Source of the DNA: Lama glama
Lineage: Eukaryota
DNA length: 64,000 nucleotides
Direction: 5' to 3'
Assembly: GCA_028534125.1 (NCBI GenBank)
Contig: CM052818.1
Span: 48,610,001 to 48,674,000 of the forward strand
The notes beneath the pieces are model-generated. The model was not told where the DNA came from. It searched no databases and was given only the letters and a program-made list of their open reading frames with translations. A program made the position numbers and the translations under genes. Below are positions 53,681 through 64,000 of this stretch, one piece after another (the first letter of the stretch is position 1; each line of letters begins with the position of its first letter).

Positions 53681-56600
53681 GAGGCTTTTCTCTTATCAAG
53701 GCACTCTATTCAGACAGTTGTAAACATTTCAGCCAATTCTGTTTCCTAAGGCAGATATAAGTCCTTTGAAGGTGATAAACGGACATTTTTAGATTAAGCA
53801 ATCAGATAAGAAAAACATTTTCAAACAAATTTTACACAATGCTCCCTTCACAGCGTACGTTTATTTTGAGTTACAGTTACTGTCGCACTGGCTGTTTAAT
53901 ACCTCCTTTACTTGAAGGTTTAGATCAGCTGTGTGAGTGTGAAAAGGTGTGTTATGTCATACACTACTCTACGCCACCGTCATCACCAAAAAGCTAAGCA
54001 ACTTTTCTATGCCCATGTTTTTTTGTAGGAGAAAAACATAACATTTATTTTTAGATTACATCAGTGTTTAATTTGTCAAGACCAGCAAACTGCTACCTGA
54101 AAAAAATATTTTCATGGTCACTATCGATTTCCCAGTATACATTCTTGTTATTAAAAAGATTTCACTACTGTTCATTCCATCTTTCTTTTTAATAGCTTCT
54201 GAACAACTATTTCTTCGTTGATTCATTACTGGAACAGTCTAGACAATTCCACTAGCTGAGACCTGGGAGAGACACCAGGGCTTTTCAAGCAACCTACAAA
54301 CTAACCGCCCACACTGTGTGATTTGCATGAATACTAAGTTCTTTACATGTTGAGCAATATTTTCTATGTATCATCTAACAGTAGAGGATATCAAAGAAAT
54401 ACATTTCCATTTGCTAGAGTATTTTTCATTCTTTTATTTACTTAGTTTGTTGTTATATTTTTTCATGTATTATGCATTCTGTTTGTATCAAAATGATTGA
54501 AAAAAATAAGCTTTTATGTTAAAGGAACCAAGTTTTTCTCCCAATGGTAGGCGTATTTTTGTCTTTTATTGCTTGATAAGATCTCTTGAAAGAGGCTTTG
54601 AAATTTTATCATTAAGTTTAATAAATCTGTTAAGCAGTTGCTTAAGTGTCACATGGCTCTAAGCGTGAGTAGACAGACCGTACGTTTTGTGAACACTATC
54701 ATCAACTTGAAATCTCAAGTGAGAATGTGCACTCTGGGGGAGGGTCGGCTGATGGCAGCAGGGGCATAATCCACATTCCAAAATGCTATCCTCAGAGTTT
54801 ACAATTTGGGGCTGACTTATCGTTTTAAACTGTTCCGTGGCTGAAAAAAGCATACACGACCAATTAAAGGAAAAAAAGTTCTGATTTGTTCTTGTTCAAG
54901 TTTAGTTTGCATTCTGATATGATGTTTAATTTGCTATTTCTCTGCAGAGACATTTTGAAGCCACTTAACCTTGCGGGGAATTTGGTTTAGTTAAAAGGAG
55001 ACAAGCTAATCCTTAAGTGCACCTCACCAGACTAGATGAACTGCCCTCCCTAACTCTGCTGCAAAGAAGCTAGTGAGGGAGCGGCCCTGGTCAGCGGCCC
55101 GGGCTGTGCACCGCCGTGCTTCTGCCAGGAAACCACTGCTCTCCCTTGACCTGCAAAGCTCAGAGACGGCATGGGGCGTCCCGGGTCCCTCTGCATTTCC
55201 AGTATTACTGACACCACTGTCTTCCTACTTTGTAAGATACTAGAAATAAAACTTGTAACCTTTGATTTCCAGAGACAATCGACCATTTTTTATAGCCTAC
55301 TTTCAGTACCTTTGGTCCAGTGGACGAGAGGGGTCCATATTGCTTCTTGGTCTATCCTAGGATTCCTGAATGGAGTTCCTCCATCACCCACCAACTACCA
55401 AGGACCTGGGATTCTTTTGGTCTTTGGATCATTGTCAACATCAGTAGCTGATGAAGTAGAACGTCCAGGTTCCATTCTCGTCTGTCCTGGATTGACCAGA
55501 ACAGAGGAAGAAATACTCCAGTAAAACACATATTTCTCCGTGATGACAGTTATCCGCTATGAACACCAAGAACCACCCTCTCTCCCCAACGAGGAATGAG
55601 ATCTGGTTGAAAAATGCCAGAATACTGTCCTGGAACCCAAATGTATGGGCATGACTCAAATATCAAAGGCCAGGGTTTTTTTTTCCCCCTTTGTCTAAAA
55701 TAAACTTAAAATAAAGTATGGCTCTGATTGTCTCTTATACAAAGGCAAGTTGGAATGTGTAACCTGTGTAAATGTTATAATTAAAACCTTGCTTTTCCAT
55801 GGATTCATTATGTTACATTTTCCACTAATTACTGACATTTCCTTTAATGTGTGCACACAGGGAACATGAGGGTATGATTAGCTGGAGTTGAAAGTGTAAG
55901 CAGTAATGAGCGTGTTACGGCTTTTCCTTGGTCTTTCTTGGGTCACTCTAAGCCTCTTGACAGGAGGCCCTGCCCTTTTACAGGTTTGCTCCACTGCGTA
56001 ACTTTCCGTGAGCAGACACGGAGGCGAAAGTGACAATATTCATACGCACATGCTGAAGGCGTCGTGTCCCTTTATGTCACCCTCCTAGTCGCAGGTACAG
56101 GTAACTGACTGGAGGGCAGGAAGGCTGCCCAAACACAGGAATTTCCATCCTGAACGTCTCTGTGCTGGACCTCTACTACTGAGGAGTTGAAGATTTGGAA
56201 AAAAGAAGGGGGAAATGAGGCTCTACCAGGCCTTTTGCACGTCTTAATGCGCTGGTCCCTCTGAGGTTTATTTCCAATGAGCATGTTTTTCCTAGAAGAT
56301 CTTTCCAGGTCTGCCTTTCCTGACAGTTTCAACCAGATATTTGTACAAATATGCACATTGAAAGACATCGTTTCTTTGACTTGTTTTTCCCAAGTCTAGT
56401 CTTTTCCATGAGATTCCTGTCTGAGTTGGGGACCTGTCTGCCAGCGTTGATGGCGGGTGAGGCTGCAGGGACAGAGGACGTGATCCCAGGGAACTGTGCC
56501 CAGCTCTGCTGATGTGGGATGGGGATCCCCGTCTCGGATCCCCTCCCACAGAGCCTCCTTGCAAGACCTCTGTCAGCTCTGCCTGCTTTGTTGTTGGCTT

Positions 56601-57479
56601 TGTTTTGTTTCACTTCTTTTTTTTTCCTATCTCTAACCCAGTCGTCTCTTTTTGTAATTATTCCCAACATGTGTTAACTCACATACACCGGAGGAAATAT
56701 CCCTGGAGGATTAAAACCATGTTGACTAAAATTTCACATACACAGAATTCACAGTCCAGGGAGGATGTCAGGAATCTCACCTCAAACCCACACAGGCAGG
56801 GAGTGAGGGGGGCTCAGGGCTGGGAAGACGTGAAGCCAGGAGCAGACCCAAGCCAGACGCCCTAGGAAAACACGTCTGACTCCTGCTTTCCCCCTGAACT
56901 TGGGGTAATTGCTCTGACAATTCTGTGCTTGGCGGAAGCCACAGATAATCCATTCCGAAATAGGATTTCTACACCTAGTTCACTACATCACAGAGAATTT
57001 TATCCTGTGGTCTTCTGATTTGAAACAGGAGTCACCCTAAATGGAATAGAAAAGTCAGCCTTCTGTCCACTTCTGACTGGCGTCCCTCCGTCCCTCCCAC
57101 ATTAGTGCCTTAGGGTTATCAGCTGCTGGTCCCAGTACAGCTGGTCCCCCCATCTTAGCCATCCTTTCCCCTCATAGGGCTTCTCTTGTGCAGTAGGCGG
57201 TGTTCAACCCCTACCTTTCTCTTCCCTTTGGAAATTTCAACCATTAGATGAAACTGGTCTTACTTAGCAGCCAAGATATCAACCTGCTACGGACAGTTTA
57301 GTTCAGGTTAGGGACCACGGTGACCCATTTAATGAATAGATCCAAATAAGGTACCTGCACCTTCCAGGGGATATTTGCTAGCACAAAAAATTTAGCTTCC
57401 TCAGTAGATATATTTCAAGATGGGAGGGGAAGCCTTGCTGCTTCTCAAATTCTATCCTGTTTGGGGTAATGACTGATAC

Positions 57480-57920
57480 TCAGACAGTGCTCTGCAACGC
57501 GCAAACTACCTTTCATACATATAATCTCATTTTGCCTTATAAGGAGCTCAGAATATTTTTATGATTATTATCTTAGTTTTCCAGATGCAGACGCCGAAGA
57601 GTAGAGGGTAACAGAATTTGTCCAGAGCAGGGCAGAGCCTGCTCATAAAGCTATGGTGTCTGACTGGAAGGTCTGTGCATTAAATACCTCATTGGTCAGT
57701 AACTGGGAAGCTATATTTTATATGGCAAGAGACTTTGGTAGGAGACTGGATTTTGTTGGCAGACTAACCAGGGCTCAGATTCTGCTCATTTCCTGCTGAA
57801 GTATTTGCTTGGGCCGGTCACGTCACGTCTCTGAGTTTCCTAAGCTATGACGTGATGATGATCTCTTTATATGATGTCTTGCCAGGTGTCTGGCCCAATC
57901 AGTGCTCAATAAAAGTTCTG
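57480..57920. mobile_element. MIR and MIR/L2 relics
   Basis: atcttagttttccagatgcagacgccgaag...gggtaacagaatttgtccaga; gtctctgagtttcc...gtctggcccaatcagtgctcaataaa. Confidence 0.55.
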
Positions 57921-59039
57921 TGCCTTTAAAATCATTGTTATTTGCAGGGAAGCGGAGCATAGATGTTGATAGGATTAGAGACGCAAACCAAGACAGGAAG
58001 CGAGTAATCCTCTCATTTCCGTTTTTTATGGCCACCGCGTATAGCACACTTGTCCCTCTACTTGAAGGCCAGAGGCCAGGGAGACGTTTTGAAAACTAGT
58101 GACATACATGCCAGATTCCCAGGCAGGTAGGACTCTTATTAAAGGAGGGGCGCGAGTCATCTGGGAGACCGGCGTCTCACCTTTCCTGGGCGCTGTTATG
58201 ATTTAGTGTCCGAGTCACTTTGCAAGAGTGGAGGTCAAGCTTTCCATTCATTCCGACCTTCAACCCTGCATTCAGAACACTTTCGTGCCAATCACTGTGT
58301 CTTGAACTGGGGTGACCACAAGAATGAGAAGAAATGCCACCTCTGTCCTTGGAACACAGTCCGGGGCAGATACCGTTTATCCACCCATTCTTCCGTCAAA
58401 CATTTGTTAGAAGCTGATATGCCCGAGCAAAGGGAAGTTATCTGTGGTAAAAAGACACACTGTAGTGTTTCACAGTCTCGCCATGGGGATAAACCAGTAA
58501 AACAACACAGGAGAATGAAGCACAGTAGGTTTACAGACAGAGGGAAACCCCATGTACCACGCAATTAAAAAAGAGGGCCACTGACTTTAGTCCTGGAGGT
58601 GAGGCGGAGAATTAAGGTGAGAAAGGAAGGTATGGGACGGTTTTCTGGAAGCTTCTGAGACTGATTCCAAGGCTGAATCAGAGCTGGGTGGGTAAAGGGC
58701 AGAACTGTGGGCCCCACTCCCTGCAATGAGGGCTCACCGTCCCCTGCTGTTTGGTGCTGTCCCCACGCCTCGTGTTCGAAGTCGGTGGCGATGAAACCTT
58801 CCTTCCCAGCCCTGCACTCGGGCCAGGAGCAGGCACTGAAATGGGTGTGTAGTTGGATTGTCGGAAGGACAAGGAACAGAGAGGTAGGCAGGAAAAAGGC
58901 ACAAGAGAGCAAAAAAAATGTAAAAGAAAACATTACATGCAAAGAAAAAAAGAAGACCACAGAGTTCTCATCAGAAGCCACGTAACAAAGAAACACCTCC
59001 AAAGTACTAACCTCCCCCCGATTTTCTCAAACCTCTAAT

Positions 59040-59800
59040 TCTTCCTCCAGTGAAAATGAAGGGAAATTAAAGCCTTTTCCAGACAAACAAATGCTGAAGC
59101 AAATTCTTTTTTTTTTTCTGAAGCAAATTCTTTATCACCTCACTTGCTCTACAAAAATGTGAAAGGAAATTGCTTTAGTAAAAGGAAGATGATACCAGAA
59201 GGGAACTTTGATCTATAAAACAGGAAATGAAGAGCACTAAAAATAAGTGGGAAAAATTTTTTTCTTAATTGTTATGTCTCCTTAAAAGATAATTGACAAT
59301 ATATTGTGAGATTTGTAATGTATGTATTTGTAGTAAAATATGTGACAATAATAGTGCAAAGGACAGGAGGGGAAAATGAAAGTACATTGCTGTAATTTTT
59401 TTACACTCTACACTAAAATGTGGTAAGTTAAAGATGTAATTGTAAACACTAGAGCAACTACTAAAAATTAAAGCAAAGAGGCATGGCTAATAAGCAAATA
59501 GTAGAGATTAAAAAAATTGAATCATTAAAAAAACACTCAATGCAGAAAAAGTGGGGAAAAAGGAAGAAAAAATATTACATAAATTGAAAACAAAAAGATG
59601 GTAGAGCTGATCTCAATTGTATTGATAATTACAGTCAATTTCATTAAACTCCCAGGTTAAAAGTAGAAATTTTGGCAGATTGGACAAAAGCAAGATCTGT
59701 CTATATGTTGTCTACCAGAAATCCACTTAAAATATAAAGATCTGTGTTCAAAGTAAAAGAAGATAAAGTGGTAGACTGTGTAGTTAATAGGCATGATTTA
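59040..59800 (+). mobile_element. Ancient L1 relic, end of ORF1 to start of ORF2
   Basis: aaaatgaagggaaattaaagccttttccagacaaacaaatgctgaag and gattggacaaaag...ctatatgttgtctaccagaaatccactt, which is L1 endonuclease-start-like text. Confidence 0.7.
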
Positions 59801-60849
59801 ATTTCAGTATTATTCTGTATTAGTGCTCTTTAATGCACTAGAACTTTTTAGTGCATTGCTTCTTCAGTGGCACTTTAGATCGAATGCAATTTTGAATAAT
59901 TGTCCCCATTTTACAGAACAAAGCCGGTCTATAATTATAGTTCCTGTTGTCTCAGTCACCAAAAGGTCCCACTTTTCTCTGGCTCATCCCTTCACACGGC
60001 CACCCCAGGCTTAGCGATACTCTCGCCACCATTTAGAAGCTTTCTTTGCTGATAACCATCAAGACCCAGCCACAGAGTTCCCGACTGTTACATAAAACCA
60101 GCGTCGGGGGAGCCATGGCGTAAAGACAGAGGACCGTGGGCCCGACTAGTGCAGGGGATTTTGTCTTGCTCACGGATGCAGAAGCAACTCAAAAGATTCC
60201 AGTTAAATGATTAATGAATAAGGCCATCAATAAGTAAAGTTATCAATGAGTTTAATAAATGCAGGGTCTTCTAGAATCATTCAGGATACTAGTGAGCAAT
60301 CATCCAGGCCTCCCTCCTGGGAAATTCACTGTAAAAGTGTTCAGTTCAACGATGCATGCTCATAATGAGGCCCTTTAGTTTTCACTGAAAGTACCACAAT
60401 ATGCTAGATTGAAGAGGGAAGCAAACAATGTAATAAAATATAGAGGAAAAAAAGGTATGATTTGGACTGAAACTCTTGGAATGTAGAAGAATAAGCTTTA
60501 TTTATTAGAAAAATTACATTATGTAACGTATTATTTCCCAATGAGTCTTAGTAAATGAGATGATAAAACTTTTAACATTCAGGAAAAAAAAGGATCATTA
60601 TTTCTATCAGAGTTGAAAAATAAAATAGGCCAGCAGTAACACAGGTGGTAACTGAGGGCACAAAAGCCATTCAGAGCAGCTGAGCTCCCAGTGATGCACG
60701 CTGGGCCAGGTCCCTCCCCCTGACACCCTCTCTTCCCCACCAGCCCCAGAGCACTTTGCTTTGAAGACAGGCGTGCCCCATCTCCCCACCAATGACACGT
60801 CCTCCAGATCTCTCTCTCTCTCTTTTTTTTTTCCTGAGCAGTTGGTCTC

Positions 60850-62136
60850 GAGAATGGGCTTAAACTATTCAGCAAACCATATTGTAAACAGATGTGCTCT
60901 CATGCAGGCTTTGTTGTTCCTTTTAGAGAACACAGGCAGAGTAAGAACCATTCTTAAGGGCCCTGGATCTTCAGATGGTAAGTGAGCCCTGGCTTCAACT
61001 TCAAGTCACCAGCTGCCTTAGCCCCTAACAAGAGAGTCGGCCTGTCCATTGAAGCTTTGGAGCCAGACGTTGACTTCTCCTCTCCCGCTATGGTATGAAA
61101 GTCCTAGATGGCCTCTTCTTCCAACAGAAGGCTGTTTCATCTACGGTGAAAATCTGTCCTTTCCTGTCGTCACCTTTACGAGCGATCTTAGCAGGATCTT
61201 CTGGAGAGCTCGCTGCAGCTTCCAAATCAGCGCTTGCCGCTCCATTTTGCACTTTGATGTTACAGAAACGGCTTCTTTCCTTCAACCTCAGGAACCAACC
61301 TCTGTCGGCTTCACACTCCTCTTCTGCAGCTTCCTCGCCTCTCTCAGCCTCCACAGAACTGAAGGGAGTTAGGACCTGGCTCTGGACGAGGCTTTGACTG
61401 GAGGGAAGGTGGAGGCTGGTTTCATCTGCTGTCCCGAGCACTCAGACTTGCTCCACGTCAGCAACAAGGCAGTTCTGCTTTCTTGTCTCCCACGTGTTCA
61501 CTGGAGCAGCGCTTTTAATTTCCGTCAAGAAGGCTTCCTCTGCGTTTGCAGCTTGGCTCTCTGGCACAAGAGGCCTCACCTTCGGCCTGCCTCGGCTTTG
61601 GCGCACCTCCCTCACTAAGCCCGGCCCTTTCTGACTTCTGACTCAAAGTGAGCGACTTGTGGCTCTTCTTCTCAGCAGAACACTTGGAAGCCATTGTAGG
61701 GTTACTAACTGGCCTAATGTCAGTATTGCTGTGTCTCAGGGGACAGGAGGGCCCAAGGAGAGGGACTTGAGAGAGACTGGGAACGACTGGTCGTGGAGCA
61801 GTCAGAACACGCACAACATTTACGGATTAAGTTTGCCACCTTCTGCGTGTGTGCTTTGTGGTGCCCTGAAATGCTTACAATAGTAATATCAAAGGTCGCC
61901 GATCACAGATCACCGCAACTTATTTAATAATAATGAAAAAGCATGAAATATTGTTAGAATTACCAAAATGAGACACAAGGACAAGAAGTGAGCAAATGCT
62001 GTTGGAAAAACGATGTCCACAGGCTCGCCCCACGCAGAGTTGCTGCAAACCTTCAATTTGTGACAAAACAAAATGTCCTGGAAAAGCAATAAACTCAAAT
62101 CAATAAAGCGAAGCCTCATAAAACGAGGAACGTCCG
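60850..62136 (-). mobile_element. Tigger1 DNA transposon, 5' ~1.3 kb with degenerate transposase
   Basis: Minus-strand peptide EAAASSPEDPAKI...QIFTVDETAFCWKKRPSRTF matches the pogo/Tigger DDE domain start. Terminal sequence cggacgttcctcgttttatgaggcttcgctttattg resembles the Tigger1 left TIR. Confidence 0.92.
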
Positions 62137-63656
62137 TGCTGACTTTTCCTTCTTTCTAGACCAGCAGAAGGTTCTACTTCATTTAATGGCAACACAGGTA
62201 AGTCAGTCACCTGGTCAGTTGGAAACCAGGCGATCTCTCAGCTCTGGGATGTGTGCACACCCTTTCCTGACCAGCCTTCGAACTGCCCTCCTCTCCTTTC
62301 CACCCCTTCCAACAGATTTTCAGTCTTCTCTCCTTGAAGGTGAAGTACGCTCTTGCCCAGAGTCAGTCCCCTTTCTAATCTGTCCCCACAGAACATAGGA
62401 AGCACCCCTCCGCACCCTCTGGCTTCCCCCGGCCAGCAGAACAGAGCTCACCATCTGCAGCGCAGCCACGGACCATGCAGTCCACCTGCTCCCTTCCGGG
62501 CGGCAGGACCCCCTCCCACCTGTGCATCCACTCGTATCCATGGATGTGCTTCCTGGTGGTGCACAAGCTCCCCTCCCTCTCTCTGAAATGTTCCTTCCCT
62601 TTTGTTTGCCTGGAAGAATCCTGCTCATCCTTTTACCAGTCACCTCCGATGTCACCGCCTTCAGGAGTCTCTGTAGAGACGGTTTGAACTTGTCTCCAAT
62701 CATTAGAATAGGACGGAAACGCAGGTGTGAGAACACGTCGGCACCTTTCACACCAGCTGAAGCCGTGATCTGAGCCGCGGTCTGTCCTGAGACTGAGGTC
62801 GCTCCAGAGGTTCCTGCTACAGCAGAAGCCCAGCGTCCCTGCTCCTTCCTTCAGCCACGACCCCTTATTTCTCTGCTCATGACCTTTTATTACTTGCTTT
62901 TTACTTTCTTCTTCTTGCCTGACTGGTTGGTAAATTAATCAAAGTAAGAAAAACAGACAATTTCAACTACTGAAGATAATTATGTTTCCAGGGAATTTGT
63001 TTCATACGTAGAGGGGAAAAGTAGTAACGGCCCAGAGTGTTCTATATGAATGAGTTCCCCCGGAGGGCGGCAGCTGTGAAACGCACGTGGTGTCTGAGTT
63101 CAGACGGAAGCGGAGGATGCTACCCGGTGTGGCCTGGGGGAGCGTTTGTGTCCAGGACAGGGGGTCCATCAGGCGCTCTGCACCCAAGTCTGACGGAGAG
63201 AAAAGTCAGTCCCTTGCGGAAGGGAGAAGCAGGTCTGGAGTCGGGCACCAGAAAGTCAGCTTTTCAAACTACTTCCCCCTGCAAGTAGCTGGGGAATTTG
63301 ACGCGCTTTTACAAAATGGAAAAAAGAAGATTTGGCTTGCCCCACTCATGAGAAGAGCCCGACAGTGCAGACACCGTTGAAGGGTGCAGTCAGCAAACAT
63401 GGGTCTTGCTAATCAAAGGTGTCTTGCTTTGATGTGAAGGCGTTGCAAACATCTTAACAAGGTTTATCAAGAAAAGGAGAAAAGGCCCCGTTTATTTCCA
63501 TGATAGAAATTATTTGGCTTAAACTGTACACTGCTCCATTTTAAGGGTAAATGAGAATATGGAGACAGGAGTGGGCTGTGCTGCGTACTGGGTGGGGGGG
63601 CACATGTCGCCTCCTCAGTCTCTGACTCTTTATGTGAAACCCCTCGTCCCTGGATT

Positions 63657-64000
63657 TGTAACAAAGGAGAACACATCTGACTGCATATTGGATCTGCTCC
63701 TTTAGTTCTGACCACTGTGCCCTGTTTTCCTGGCGCAGCCTTGCCAGCGCTGCACCTATAGAAAAACAATGTTGCCTTTAGCCTGAAGTCTACAGGAGCG
63801 CCTCTTCCCCGCGCGCTGACCTCCAAGGATGTCAGCGCTTCTGCACTTAGTGGAGACGGCAAGTTGCAAAACAGAGAATAACCTTTGTTTTGTTGGAGGT
63901 TTACAGGGACACCATGGCCTGGCCCACATGGATGGCTGCAAGGACAAAGAATTCTTGCAGCAGGAAATTTGCAACCACCAGCCACACCCCGTCCCCTGTT
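63657..64000 (+). mobile_element. Endogenous retrovirus LTR (ERV1-like), running off the window end
   Basis: Starts TGTAACAAAGGAGAACACATCTGACTGCATATTGGATCTG, with a U3-like composition recognised from laurasiatherian LTRs. Confidence 0.6.

Overview
Mammalian genomic DNA. The tRNA-Ala-derived SINEs resemble camelid Vic-1, so the species is probably a camelid (inference). The only protein-coding gene I can support is the intronless SoxC transcription factor SOX11 on the minus strand (CDS 13796..12453, 447 aa). It has a CpG-island promoter near 14.2 kb and a ~7 kb 3' UTR with several candidate poly(A) sites, many miRNA seed matches and an internal CpG island. The ~49 kb upstream (15-64 kb) is gene desert. 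It contains L1, L2, MIR, MER5, MLT2, Tigger1, SINE and ERV-LTR relics plus a few enhancer-like, homeodomain-motif-rich blocks. All other ORFs in the track look like GC-rich shadow ORFs or repeat fragments. I found no clearly new biological system. The most interesting leads are: an in-frame, tail-anchor-like hydrophobic peptide encoded just after the SOX11 stop codon; a CpG island placed directly behind the proximal poly(A) signals; and clean retrotransposition footprints (a twin-primed L1 and a poly(A)-only insertion). Repeat family names and boundaries come from recognition by eye and are approximate.
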